From positions 6,760,001-6,824,000 of the forward strand of contig NC_087250.1 in assembly GCF_037042905.1 (NCBI RefSeq): a DNA stretch of 64,000 bases, given 5' to 3'. Below, piece after piece: positions 50,565-64,000 of this stretch (positions are counted from its first letter, which is position 1; every line of letters begins with the position of its first letter). A program made the translations under genes and the position numbers. Origin of the DNA: Lytechinus pictus (taxonomy: Eukaryota). Below the pieces are notes generated by a model. That model was not told the origin of the DNA. It saw nothing but the letters and a program-made list of their open reading frames with translations, and searched no databases.

Positions 50565-52746
50565 GGCCCCCACCCCCTTCTGCCCATCTTTCCTGCCTCC
50601 AAAATACCCTGGCAGTCTTATAAGGGTTAGATTAATTTTACATTAAGCAACCATAAAATTCTTACAATGGATTTCAGTGGCGTAATGAGCCAAATATTTT
50701 AAGCGAGCTAAATATGGCTGATGGAACAAAAGTTCTCAAAAGATGCAAGGGAGCCAGCATAATTCTTAAATTTTAAATACAGAAATTAAATTTTTGGAAA
50801 GATTTTGACGTAATATTCAGAAAAAGATATACTATTTAGTCCTTTCCCGTTCTTTTTCTCTTTTTTACTTGATCGTGAAACATTGGGGGAGGGGGGGGGG
50901 GCACAGCCCCCATCTATTTGGCAGTGATGGATTTTATACTTTTTTGCATGTACGATGACAATGTTCTCTCTCTCTCTCCCTCACACATCCTCACTACGTG
51001 TACATGTGTGTGCAAGATAAATTATGAGGAATAATTGCATAGCATATGAAGTGACATTTCTCAACCAGAGATACCTTCTATATTATTTATTGTTGCATGT
51101 TTGCATTTTTGTTTATTTACCCTTCTTGACCACTTTACCCCCCCCCCCCCCCCACCCATGATAAAAACCAAGAAGTCAAACCATGTTTCCTTTTATTTTC
51201 GTTTGATATACATGCAATGTATACATGTGAGAAAAAAAATTACGGTGCCAAACATTTTTTGAAAATTTCAATTTAATTTATTCCTTCAGGTGAGGCTTTG
51301 TCCGCATTTCCAGAAAGACACAAGATAGTTTAGAAAGCCAAGCCAAATTCAATGACTGAAGGGTTTGGAGAGCCAGACAAAGAGCCTAGAAATGTGATTT
51401 AACCCGTAAGTTAAATTTATTTATAATTCTGATTCACTTTGGCATGGAAAGTAAGTCACATAAAAACAATTGAATGATTTGTGTCTTCTTGATTTGCTCT
51501 TTGTCAAGAATCCAGTCCAAATTTTAGAATTCAACTCTAAGTTTGAGGTGTGGATGATTTTTTTTTCAGCTGCAAAAATAACAAACCAATGTCAGTCATT
51601 GGTAGATTATTGATATTAATAAATTATTGGTGTGACTTGCTTTCTCTTGCCAAATTGGTACATGAATATTCTGCATTTCTATAATTATTGACCCCCACCA
51701 CTACCACCTAAGATGCAACATGTCAAATAACTGTCAAATTCACTTCATCATGTTTTTAATTATTAATTTGTCAGTAAAGGAGTAAAATGACTCAGAAAGA
51801 TTACCCAAAGAAGCTCACAGAATTTTTTTTTACTGGTAGACCCTTTACATTCATTTGATGAATTGAGTTCATGCAAAATCAACTGAATGTAATGAGTACA
51901 AAATCCTGTTAATACACCTTACTAGATGAGGCTATTCTGGTAGATAATCCCAGGGGGTGCCTGAGGATCTTGTCCATTTGGAGAAATCTTGCAAAGTATC
52001 AAAAGGTGCCTCCATCCCCCCCCCCCCCCCCCCGCCCCCGTCTATTAAGGGATAACAATGACAGTGAAATTAGGAATAACTTTGGTAACTTGCTTATATG
52101 CATTTTAAATTAATTTCTTTTTCAGGTACTTCAATCACATGAACAGCAGCAGGAGCAAAAACAGCATCAACCTCACAGGAGATGTAACGACAGCATTGAC
52201 CAACAGCAACAACAACAGCAGTATCAACAAGTTCTGCAGGAGGTGCAAAAACCACACCGGCAACCTCAACAATATCAAGATGTCCAACAACCACTCTGGA
52301 AACGTTAACATCAACCACAACTTCAGCAAGAGTTTCAACAAACACATCAGCAAAAACTAACAGCAGCAGCAACAACAGGACTTATGAAATGAATCTAATT
52401 GAAACTCAAAAGCCAATGAGGCAACATCTTTTACAAAATGAGACATCATTTATTCATTCTTTTACAGGATAAAGAAAAGCTTTTTTGAAAGTGTAAATTT
52501 GCAGGAACACAATGTATGTTCCCTATGTATCTATTTATTGAAATAAATTTGACTTTAAAAAGAATGAATGATGATTCAATAAATATCTACTTTTTATTTG
52601 TCAATGAGTAAAAATACATGTATTTTCTATTTAGAATGACGAAAAGCAATTTATCAAATCAAAATCATCAAAAAATTGACCAATATGGCTCTTAGGCCCT
52701 CAAAATTGTTGGTATTTTGATGAAAAAGCTGTTTCTGCGGCAATAT
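50565..52746 (+). repeat. Left arm of a 2.2-kb inverted duplication
   Basis: Reverse complement of 54228-56396 with scattered substitutions (mirror ORFs 52094-52375 and 54600-54872). Confidence 0.95.
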
Positions 52747-52910
52747 TTGACGCAGCTCGAATAGCTGCGTCAAATTTGCCGCAGAAAGTATCTGCGGCAA
52801 AATTTTATGAAACGGAAACTTGCCGCTGTTTTGAGATTTGCCGCAGAAACACAGATTTGCCACAGAAAATGGGAGTTGCCGCTGCGGCAAGTGTTTTATG
52901 AAACGGGCCC
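52747..52910 (+). mobile_element. PIF/Harbinger-type terminus with TGCGGCAA subterminal repeats
   Basis: Ends TTTTATGAAACGGGCCC followed by CTG, the same end/target style as the MITE at 2891-3036. Confidence 0.75.
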
Positions 52911-54227
52911 CTGCTGTGTGTTCTGCGGAGCGACAGCTGATTTTGTGAAATAGTGTAGTCTTATTCCAGGAACGAATAAATAACTAAGAAAAAAAAATAG
53001 TAAAATTTGGATTTTTTGTGTAGTTGAATAATATGGTTCCAAGATTAATCACCAACATATTTGTTCATTCAATTCAATTTGGATTACATCCAAGTGTACT
53101 GAGGCCTAGATTAGTAGGGTTTCCAGGGCTGCAGTTACCCCATATTTTCTCCAAAACGTAAACTTAAAGTTTTTGTGTGTGCATGTGCCTGTGTGTCTGT
53201 CTATGTGTATGTGTGTGTGTCTGTGTGTGTATGTGTTTGTGTATACATCTGTGTGTGTGCCATCATTGAGTTTGTGTGTGTGTGGGGGGGGGCGTTTGTT
53301 CTGTTTGTATTATAAACACGTGTGTTGTAATGAGATGTACTTATTTTCATACTTTTAATGCTAACTTGATGGATTTTCATGTTTAGATAACATTACCTCA
53401 TCCCATACCCTGTCTATGACTTTTTTTTTCCAGCGGGGGGGGGGGGGGAATTGATATTATGATTTTGCATAAAACTGTTAATAAAACAACCTCAGTCGTG
53501 TGATTATATTCCTTCATGTAACTGACTAAAAGTGATGACATGTTTTTTTATTACATGACTTGAGGGTTTTGTGGGTAGTATTAACTTTACTTGAAGTTGT
53601 GGGTCACATTATGGTTTTCATGTGTGTACATTGTCTAGAGACATTTAATTTATCCCGCCATGTCCGACATCCACGTATCATACCTACTCATACTATTTTT
53701 CCCATTTATTCATTTATTTATTTATATATATTTTCTTTTTTGGGGGGGTTGATATTTAAAGACGCACATTCCTCGCCAGTAGTTCTGCAGCATGGAGACT
53801 TAACGCAGCAATGGCCATGCGATTTCGTGCGAATGGGACTGTGTGTTGTTATGACTCTCTTTGTGGATTTTCAGGAATAGATTACATTACCTTATATCCC
53901 TTAATATAATCGACTCAAAGTGATATGTTTTACTTAGCTGACTTGGGGTCAATAATGGTGGTGTTCGTCTTACCTCAAGTTGTTATGACTCTCTTTGTGG
54001 ATTTTCAGGAATAGATAACATTACCTTATTCCCATATCCTGTCCATATCTTAATATAATATTTTTTTTTGGGGGGGGGTGGTGGAGCAGTTGGTTTCTTA
54101 CTTTAGCGTGAAACTAACTTAAAATATATAAAGTATCTAAAGTAAGATATCCCTCATTAAAATCGACTCAAAGTGATGATATGTTTTAGATTGCTGACTT
54201 GAGGTCAATAATGGTGGTGTTCATCTT

Positions 54228-56396
54228 ATATTGCCGCAGAAACAGCCTTTTCATCAAAATACCAACAATTTTGAGGGCCTAAGAGCCATTTTGGTCAATT
54301 TTTTTGATGATTTTAATTTGATAAATTGCTTTTCGTCATTCTAAATAAAAAATACATGTATTTTTACTCATTGACAAATAAAAAAAAAATATTTATTGAA
54401 TCATCATTCATTCTTTTTAAAGTCAAACTTATTTCAATAAATAGATACAAAGGGAACATACATTGTGTTCCTGCAAATTTACACTTTCAAAAAAGCTTTT
54501 CTTTATCCTGTAAAAGAATGAATAAATGATGTCTCATTTTGTAAAAGATGTTGCCTCATTGGCTTTTGAGTCTCAATTAGATTCATTTCATAAGTCCTGT
54601 TGTTGCTGCTGCTGTTAGTTTTTGCTGATGTGTTTGTTGAAACTCTTGCTGAAGTTGTGGTTGCTGTTAACGTTTCCAGAGTGGTTGTTGGACATCTTGA
54701 TATTGTTGAGGTTGCCGGTGTGGTTTTTGCACCTCCTGCAGAACTTGTTGATACTGCTGTTGTTGTTGCTGTTGGTCAATGCTGTCGTTACATCTCCTGT
54801 GAGGTTGATGCTGTTTTTGCTCCTGCTGCTGTTCATGTGATTGAAGTACCTGAAAAAGAAATTAATTTATAGTGCATATAAGCAAGATACCAAAGTTATT
54901 CCTAATTTCACTGTCATTGTTATCTCTTAATAGACGGGGGGGTGGGGGGTGGAGGCACCTTTTGATACTTTGCAAGATTTATCCAATGGACAAGATCCTC
55001 AGGCACCCCCTGGGATGATCTACCAGAATAGCCTCATCTAGTAAGGTGTATTAACAGGATTTTGTACTCATTACATTTAGTTGATTTTGCATGAACTCAA
55101 TTCATCAAATGAATGTAAAGGGTCTACCTGTAAAAAAAAAAATTTGTGAGCTTCTTCGGGTAATCTTTCTGAGTCATTTTACTCCTTTACTGACAAATTA
55201 ATAATTAAAAACTTGATGAAGTGAATTTGACAGTTATTTGATATGTTGCATCTTAGGTGGTAGTGGTGGGGGTCAATAATTATAGAAATGCAGAATATTC
55301 ATGTACCAATTTGGCAAGAGAAAGCAAGTCACACCAATAATTTATTAATATCAATAATCTACCAATGACTGATATTGGTTTGTTATTTTTGCAGCTGAAA
55401 AAACAAATCATCCACACCTCAAACTTAGAGTTTAATTCTAAAATTTGGACTGGATTCTTGACGAAAAGCAAATCAGGAAGACAAAAATCATTCAATTGTT
55501 ATTATGTGACTTACTTTCCATGCCAAAGTGAATCAGAATTTTAAATAAGTTTAACTTACGGGTTAAATCACATTTCTAGGCTCTTTGTCAGGCTCTCCAA
55601 ACCCTTCAGTCATTAAATTTGGCATGGCTTTCTGATACTATCTTGTGTCTTTCTGGAAATGCGGACAAAGCCCCACCTGAAGGAATAAATTAAATTGAAA
55701 TTTTCAAAAAATTTCTGGCACTGTAATTTTTTTCTCACATGTATACATTGCATGTATATCAAACGAAAATAAAAGGAACCATGGTTTAACTTCTAGGTTT
55801 TTATCATGGGGGGGGGGGTAAAGTGGTCAAGATGGGTTAATAAACAAAAATGCAAACATGCAACAGTAAATAATATAAAATGTATCTCTGGTTGAGAAAT
55901 GTCACTTCATATGCTATGCAATTATTCCTCATAATTTATCTTGCACACACATGTACACGTAGTGAGGATGTGTGAGGGAGAGAGAGAGAGAGCATTGTCA
56001 TCGTACATGCAAAAAGTATTAAATCCATCACTGCCAAATAGATGGGGGTTGTCCCCCCCCCCCCCCTCCCCCAATGTTTCACGATCAAGAAAAAAAAAGA
56101 GAAAAAGAACGGGAAAGGACTAAATAGTATATCTTTTTCTGAATATTACGTCAAAATCTTTCCAAAAATTTAATTTCTGTATTTAAAATTCAACAATTTT
56201 GCTGGCTCCTTCGCATCTTTTGAGAACTTTTGCTCCATCAGCCATATTTAGCTCCCTTAAAATATTTGGCTCATTACGCCACTGAAATCCATTGTAAGAA
56301 TTTTATGGTTGCTTAATGTAAAATTAATCTAACCCTTATAAGACTGCCAGGGTATTTTGGAGGCAGGAAAGATGGGCAGAAGGGGGGGTGGGGGCC
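54228..56396 (-). repeat. Right arm of the 2.2-kb inverted duplication
   Basis: Reverse complement of 50565-52746. Confidence 0.95.
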
Positions 56397-58270
56397 CTCA
56401 AGATCTTGACCGTTAATTGCGCAATTGTGACAAAATGCAACATGAAAAAATGTAAATTTGAGTGTTCTAAAATTATTTAAATTTATTTTTAATTAACAAA
56501 TTTTACTAATTCATGCATAAAATCAGAATTTGGTTGGAAATCTATAAACAAGCCCTTGAAGTGTCATTTTTTCAGACATGTAAAAATTAATTGATATCAA
56601 ATCCCTTTCATCTGTAGATTTTGTTTGTTTTTTTACTTTTTTTATATTGTTGACAAAATTTTCTGATCATAAGCAACATGAAATTAATTGATTTCAATCA
56701 GTAAAAATAACTATTAACCAATATGATACAATTATAAATTTTGGCTAGAAATAGAATTTGCATTGGATTTGTTCATGAAATCACATTTTTAAGCAATTCT
56801 GACATGTACTTACATAACGTTGCGTAATTTCACAACCGGGTACCCCGGTGTCACAAATTTGTCTGAAAACTCATGAAACTTGAAAAAAAAAAGTCATGAC
56901 GCGGCACCACGTTTCACATTGTGGATTTATCGCGAAAAAATGCTGCCCCCCCCCCCCCCACCGCTCTTTTAGGGTTAATTCAGACTGCACATCATGATGG
57001 GTTTTACTGATATTCATTCTGCAACCCATATTTCAAAGACTATCCATCATTTTGTAATCATTATATATCTGAAATTGATTTTTACCTGTGGCTGCATGTT
57101 AGTCTCTGTATTTCTACAACTGTGGCCAAATATTGTGCTACAAGTACACGTTCATCAGATTGGCCCCAGGCACTTTTCTTATTGTAGGAGACCAGCAAGC
57201 CCTGGCTTTGAAGTTGCGGGTCTATCCTTCTCCAGCTGCAATAGCTGGTCAGTTGAGGACTTGGAGGCTTTGTGTCAGGAATGATCTTGGTAGTGGCGTT
57301 GTCAATGGCGAGGGCAGAAGCAGACTTGGTGGTGGTGGTGGCATTCGCAGAACTGATGGTGGTGGCAGAAGTGGTGGACCATTAGTGGTGGTGGTGACTG
57401 CAATTGCAGCATTCGTGATGGTGGTATACGCCTCATCACAACAAACATTTGCTCCTGCTGCCACGCAGCTGGTCTCCGTCTATTATGTTTTAAGGAGAAT
57501 AAACATAAAAACATTTGATTATAAACAAATCAACTTCAGAACACCAGTATATTGATTATAAAACTCGTAGATATAGCAGTCAAAGCGTAAATGAAATCGC
57601 ACAGAAGAGTACATGTACCTTCATCTAATAGAATTTTAGACCACCTTGAGGATGTTATGCTCAGAGCAAAGTTTTTATTTGACAACGGTCAAAGATGAAC
57701 ATGGATTTAAATGTCAGAATACAACTCATATCATTGGTTGATCAATCGGTCTGTAAAATACTCCCTACAGATTATGTTGACCAATTATTTCTTAACATAT
57801 ATGTCTTTGTTATCAAACATGGATAGTTGGCAATATTTTTTATTGTTCTTTGATTTTTATTCAATCATGTCCATTTCGGTGCGGATTAATACGTGCATGC
57901 ACATGTACATTCACAGTGTGTGTCAATTATATAAATGTGCATCATAACATTTAACAATCTTCATCCATATAATCGGGTTAAGTGCATAATTCATTTTTTC
58001 CCTTTAATTTGGGTGCAGCTATGGCGACCACAATTCTACCCCATTTGTCTGCCAACTATTACACGGATGAGTCCTGGGCTGCGGCCCGCACAGCCGGCCG
58101 CAGTTGCCTGGGTTGGTCAAAATCTAACACAAAATCAGATTTTGTATAGAGTCTAGAACTAAGTTAAATCCTCTAAAAAAGGCCAAAAATTTTGGCTCAC
58201 TCACAGGTACCCGACGCACGCGTCTGTAACGTTGGCGAAGAAGAATAGAAAACAAGATGGCGGCGTAAAC
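54560..58270 (-). pseudogene. Decayed four-exon transcription unit of a Harbinger-like element
   Basis: GCCGCCATCTT (YY1-like) near 58254-58264; donors GTGAG (after 58205), GTAAA (after 57086), GTAAG (after 55560); acceptors before 57479, 55676, 54849; Thr/Ala/Gln-rich frames broken by stops. Confidence 0.5.
56333..56974. mobile_element. piggyBac-like MITE
   Basis: CTAA|CCCTTA ... TTTAGGG|TTAA; its first ~65 bp are included in the inverted duplication. Confidence 0.6.
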
Positions 58271-58678
58271 ATCGGGCAAGTCTCTTCCGTCTATTCATGA
58301 TATTATTCTCATTTTTTTAAATGAATTCTTCTTCAAAAATAACAACGAGAGCGTAGAAATGTCGGAAATGAAGTTTTATCCCATGTACATGATTTAGGTC
58401 TAGATCTTTTAGAAGGAAAGTAGAAATATCGGGGGTGAAAGTTTCAAGTTTTGGCTTCCTTTGTGTGGGTCTATGAGATAGGATCCCTGGCTTCTTATGA
58501 GAGTAACCTTACGTTAGTAAATGATTTTTACTCTCTAGAAGCCGCCTGGCTACTCACAGGCACAGCTTAAAAAAAACAATTTTGCCTTTTTCAAATGTCT
58601 GGCAACCAAACTTTTGAGAATCGCAAGCCACCCCCCCCCCCTCACAGTTACAGAGAACAATATTGGTTTTTGTCACCC

Positions 58679-59796
58679 TGTTACACCCACAAACGTAATA
58701 ATCGCCCACAAATGTAATAACGCCCACAAATGTAATAACACTTTACCCACAAATGTAATAACGCCCACAAATGTAATAACACTTTACCCACAAATGTAAT
58801 AATTTCACCCACAAATGTAATAATGCACTTTACCCACAAATGTAATAATTTTTGATCGCCCACAAATGTAATAATGACTTTACCCACAAATGTAATAAAT
58901 TTGAAGGGATTTTTGGCGAATCCGTTCTGAACTAAAATCCTATAGTAATGCGTTCATATAGCACAAAAGTGCAAAGTCTTTTTTTCCAGACCCGGTTAAT
59001 AAGACATAGTACAAGTCTAAAGTCTTTTTCCAGACCCGGTTGTTTCAAAATTATAATATACGTCCAAAGTCTTTTTTCCGGACCCGATTAATTAAAAAAT
59101 TAAAATGCAAGTCTAAAGTCTTTTTTTCAGACCCGGTTTTTTCAAAAATTGTAATATAAGTCCAAAGTCTTTTTTTCAGACCCAGTTGTTTCAAAAATTA
59201 TAATATACGTCCAAAAGTCTTTTTTCAAGACCCGGTTAATTAAAAAATTATAATATACGTCCAAAGGCTTTTTCCAGACCCGGTTAATTCAAAAATTATA
59301 ATGCTAGTCCAAAGTCTTTTTTTTTCAGACCCGATCAGTCAAAAATTATAATATACGTCCAAAATCTTTTTTTCAGACCCGATTGTTTCAAAAATTATAA
59401 TATACGGCCAAAGTCTTTTTTCCAGACCCGGTTGTTTCAAAAATTATGATATAAGTCCAAAGTCTTTTTTTCAGACCCGGTTGTTTCAAAAATTGTAATA
59501 TAAGTCCAAAGTCTTTTTTCCAGACCCGGTTGTTTTAAAAATTATAATATACGTCCAAAGTCTCTTTTCCAGACCCAGTTAATTCAAAAATTATAATATA
59601 CGGCCAAAGTCTTTATTCCAGACCCGGTTAATTCAAAAATTATAATGCAAGTCCAAAGTCTTTTTTTCAGACCCGGTTGTTTCAAAAATTATAATATATG
59701 TCCAAAGTATTTCTTCCAGACCCGGTTGTTTAAAAAAAAGTCCAAACTAAGATATGATAATGATATTCTAGTGGAATAAAAATGAGAATCAAGCTT
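58679..59796 (+). mobile_element. Second copy (left arm only) of the TGT..ACA foldback element
   Basis: TGTTACACCCACAAACGTAATA, same outer and ~50-bp inner repeats as 46278; stops abruptly at ~59796. Confidence 0.9.
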
Positions 59797-60089
59797 AGGG
59801 AAAGCATCCATATTGTATTGGCAGCGTGCACCCCGCGAGCACACCCCCGCTGCGGTAATTAGTGAACAGGATGTATCTCCCCGCTAGACGCAGCTAGCGG
59901 CGGCGCGCTGCTCAGATTAAAGCAGATTAACAGGAATCATTAATCCTAGGTTTTATCCTTGCAGCTTCTCGCCGCTTCTCGCAGCTTGCACGCGTCCAAC
60001 TTGCAAGCGAATACTCGTACTCAAATGATGTGCTTCTTTCTATTTCCGTTGGTGAAATGTGCGGGACCGATGCGGCGATTTTTCTTGTC

Positions 60090-61700
60090 CGCCCGACACG
60101 AAATGGAGGTATTAAACTATGAAATATTGAGCTAAAAGAGTCTTAGATTTTTAGCAAAATACTTCTTGTACGTTTCGAGGTGGAAAGATTCATATTGATA
60201 TGAGTTTTATATTATTTCCCTTGCGTAATAATTATCTATTTCTTCCAAAAAAGTACGATCATCACTTGTTCTTAATCCGACCCGACATGAAATAGGGCAT
60301 AGTATCTTCTAGCAATGTAAAATTATCGCTTGCGTGTTTGTTTGGGTCCGTTTTGACACGGAATGAAAGTATAAAAGAATGAAATATTGAGCTAACAAGT
60401 GTCTTAAAAACTTTTAAAAATATTTCTGTTACGTTTCAATGTGGAAAGATTCGTATTCATGTAATTAAACTTGCGAAATAATTATGTATTTCTTCGAACA
60501 ATGTACGATAATCGCTTGTTCTTGAATTCGACCAGACATTTAATAAAACAAAATACATGGAATGTTAATAGATAACACAGGTCGTAGATTATTCTAAATA
60601 TACTTTTAAATAGTTTTAAGGCGGAAAGAATCTATTTACCTTTCGTAATAATCTATGGTATTTTCCAACAATGTACGATTATTGTTTGTGTGTTTGTTTC
60701 CGCTCTGGCACGAAATGAAGGTATAAAAGAACGAAATATTGAGCTAAAAGGTGTCTTAAATGGTTTTTTTTTTAATATTTCTGGTACGTTTCGAGGTGGA
60801 AAGATCCGTATACATAAAGTTAAACTTGCGAAATAAGTGTGCATGTCTTTGAACGATGTCCAATGATCGCTTGTTCTTGAAATCGACCAGACATTTAACC
60901 AAAAAAAATATGGAACGTTGATAGACAACACGGGTCCTAGATTATTCTAAATATACTTTTAAAAAGTTTTAAGGCGGGAAGAATCTAATTACCTTTCGTA
61001 ATAATTTATGGTATTTTCCAACAATGTACGATTATCGCATGTGTGTTTGTTTCCGCTCGGGCACGATATGAAGGTATAAAATAATGAAATGTTGAGCTGA
61101 AAGTGTCTTAAATGGTTTAGAAATATTTCTGGTACGTTTGTAGGTGGAAAGATTCGTATTCATATAATTAAACTTGCGAAATAATTACGTATTTCTTTGA
61201 ACGATGTTCGATAATCGCTTGCTCTTGAATTCGACCAGACATTTAATAAAACAAAATATATTGGAATATTGACAGGTAACACGGGTCCTAGATTATTTAA
61301 CGTGGAAATAAAATAACTATCCTATTCTTCTAACAATACGATGATAGCTTGTTCTTGAATCCGACCCGACATGAAATGAAGCAAAATATTTGGAATGTTA
61401 ATAGATAAAACGGGTAGTAGATTTCCAAATAGTTATGAGGCGGAAAGCATCTGACTGCCTTTTGCAATAATCTACGGTATTTTCCAGCAATGTACGATTA
61501 TAGCTTGTTTGTTTATTTCTGCTCCGACACGAAATGAAGGTGTAAATGTGCGAAATATTGAGCCATAAACTGTCTTATAAATGATCTAAAAAATACTTCT
61601 AGTATATACGTTTCAAGGTGGAAAGATTCATATATGTCTAATTAACCCTGCTTAAAAAATAACCATTTCTTCCACCAATGTACGATAATCGCTTGTTCCT
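60090..61700. repeat. Complex tandem array (~350-bp higher-order units of ~120-bp related subunits)
   Basis: CACGAAATGAAGG-type unit starts near 60097, 60357, 60709, 61062, 61528; recurring GTGGAAAGATTC and AATGTACGAT. Confidence 0.8.
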
Positions 61701-62417
61701 GTTTAAGAATGATATAATTCACCTTGCCATTAATTTGATGGTTCAAATTACAAAATTTGTGATTTTATGCCATAATATTTTATGCAAAAGTATTCAAGTA
61801 ATTTCATTTCATGTTTACATAATCATTGGATTATTTGGTCGCAGCAGGTGAGTATAATAGTGCTTCTTCGCAATTCATTATGACTGTTTTCATACCCGTA
61901 CATGTATACACAATTAATCAATTTAATGAAAAACGCTGAAGCGCAATGAAAAGAGCAGGATCTTTCGCAGAATATTTATGTCCGCTACGCCCATGACCCT
62001 TCAATGATAATTAATCAATATAATCTAAGTCGGATACTTTCTTTGAAAAGAACTCGCCGCGCATTGTATGGTGAAAGCAAAATGACGCTTTGATCTTTAA
62101 TGACTTAAACAGCACCTTTGTTAGGTATTTCTTAATCAGTTAATCTTAAAAGGGGATAAGAAGGAACATCCTGTGGAGTCTCTACTTTTTTGCCCTCTTA
62201 TAATATTTTAATGCTTTTAAAAGTCATCCAACACTAGAATCTTTTGAAAAATTGGTCGGCGATTTCATGTAAACGGGGGGGGGGGGTCGAAACTTATTAG
62301 ACCTATAAAATCATGGGCACGTTGAAATCAACAAAGTATATTATAGCTCTATGGTATAATTTTTTTTATTTTTTAGGGCGGTAATGTCAATAGGCATCCA
62401 AACAGAATACCTTGTTA

Positions 62418-63398
62418 CACTCAAAAAAATAAAGTGCTAAAATTAGCACTTAAAGATTCAATTTTAGCACTTTTTAGGAGCTTGTATAGTGACTGCACTC
62501 GAAGTGCTGATTTAGCACTTGCACCCGGGCTACTTTGCTAGCACCGAAAGGTGCTGATTGTTGTGCACTTAAAGTGCTAACTTCAGCTCCCTTTTGGGTG
62601 CTATCAGATCAACCCTTATGCAAGTGCTAAACCAGCACATCGAGTGCAGTCACTATCCAAGCTCCTAAAAGTGCTAAAATTGGATCTTTAAGTGCTAAAT
62701 TTACACCCCTTTAGGTGCAGTAATGTGAGACAGAATGAAGATGGGGCATGTCAAGTAACGCATGAGCCATGTGTAGATGGCTGATCAATTTTGCAACAGG
62801 CTCTGGAATAATCAAATGACATTTATAGCAAAGATACCCCATCTTCTAAGTTTGACAAGACTCTAGACTAGAGTCTAAACTATGAAAGTAGTCTGTATTA
62901 TACTTCTAACTTAAACCTGAACTTAAATATTTCGTGCATGCTTACCTTGCTTTGCCTCTGACTACACCGTGACGGAACCAACGTCTTGTGCACACTATAG
63001 ATCGTATCCGGTGCGCGCATTCCATGCCTCATCAGGCCCAGGCTAGGCCAGGCGCGGCCTGATCGCGAGGCCGGACCTGCCCCAGGGGTATACGGTGGTC
63101 CCGAAGAAACGTGTGTAGCAAACTCACTAGCGAGCGGCGAGCGAACAAGTCAGGACATGAGTATGCAAATCCGGATCCCAGCTTTGCGAAGCAACCAATC
63201 AGATCACGTTTTGCAGTCAGCACTCAATGTGAAGTGCTACATTTTTATTTTTTCTCGTCTAGCACTCGTTTTCAGCACTCAAATATTCAGCACGTTTCGG
63301 TTTCCTTGTAAAAGTTAACCCTTCAAGCGCTGATTTTGGCACTTCAAGTGTAGAATCTCACTCAGCACCAAACATTTAGCACCTCAGTTTTTTGTGTG
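62418..63398. mobile_element. Non-autonomous CACTA/EnSpm-like element (CAC..GTG, 2-bp TA duplication)
   Basis: TA|CACTCAAAAAA ... TTTTTTGTGTG|TA; many AGCAC/GTGCT subterminal motifs; internal inverted repeat 62443-62700. Confidence 0.75.
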
Positions 63399-64000
63399 TA
63401 GAAGGTGGGATTATTAGAACTTTGATTCTAACTTACCTTTTGTATCGGCGTGGGGATACAAAATATATGCACATTGTTAACATAATTAAAAGAAAAATAG
63501 ACTTAAAAATCGGGGGGGGGGTATAAAACCAAGTCCATACTCATGTGGGCACTTATGGGTGTAACTCCTAGATTTACCCGGGGCCACAATGCCTTGCCGC
63601 CTTTTCAGCTACTTTAAGAGATATGCCTCATTATATTGCTATATAACTAAGATAAAATTTCATTTGGCCTTTGTAAATGGCGCAAGCACGAGAACACGAC
63701 ACGAAGTGCGCTTGAATTTTCTATAAGGCAGATCCTTAAAAATTTTGATAGTTTTGACAAGTAGAGAACGTTCGTAAATAATCAAATGAAATAAAGCTTC
63801 CATTTGTTGGGGGGGAGGGTGGGGGTGAGCAGGGAGGTACATATATGGCAATTGTGTGTCCTCTACGCTTAACTGACTTATGGAAGGACGTGTTTCCCCC
63901 CCCCCCCCCCCCCCCACCACATGTTTGATGTCCAACTACCCAAAACATATAATGTCGGCTTGGTCGCTATTTTTAAAATCCCGTTCTTTAAATCTTCATG

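Noticed and set aside
52094..54872. Duplicated hydrophobic ORFs MLLLLLVFADVF...
   Set aside because: Antisense readings of a CAA/CAG-rich decayed exon within the inverted duplication

Overview
AT-rich, repeat-dense eukaryotic DNA. It is most likely from a sea urchin (inference from the TLR-type remnants and repeat families). Only one long intact ORF is present: 12273-13610 (+), a 445-aa tyrosine recombinase inside an apparently complete ~2.3-kb Crypton transposon (11838-14170). That element has a terminal ~160-bp hairpin, 6-bp boundary cores, and an empty-site paralogue at ~35680. A non-coding element with the same architecture lies at 34146-34719, and a solo hairpin at 18893-18973. Manual minus-strand translation shows two heavily decayed Toll-like-receptor-type pseudogenes (LRR, LRR-CT, TM, TIR) at ~24.1-29.6 kb and ~42.3-43.9 kb, both broken up by insertions. 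The rest is nested non-autonomous DNA transposons (Tc1-, Harbinger-, Kolobok-, hAT-, piggyBac-, CACTA- and Helentron-like), a 4.2-kb palindromic element with a 6-bp TSD (IS3EU-like), two TGT..ACA foldback elements, a 2.2-kb inverted duplication starting exactly at a foldback end, a CR1/L2 LINE tail, tandem arrays and microsatellites. Most short ORFs in the supplied track are spurious. Superfamily calls rest on termini and TSD signatures read by eye, not on database searches.
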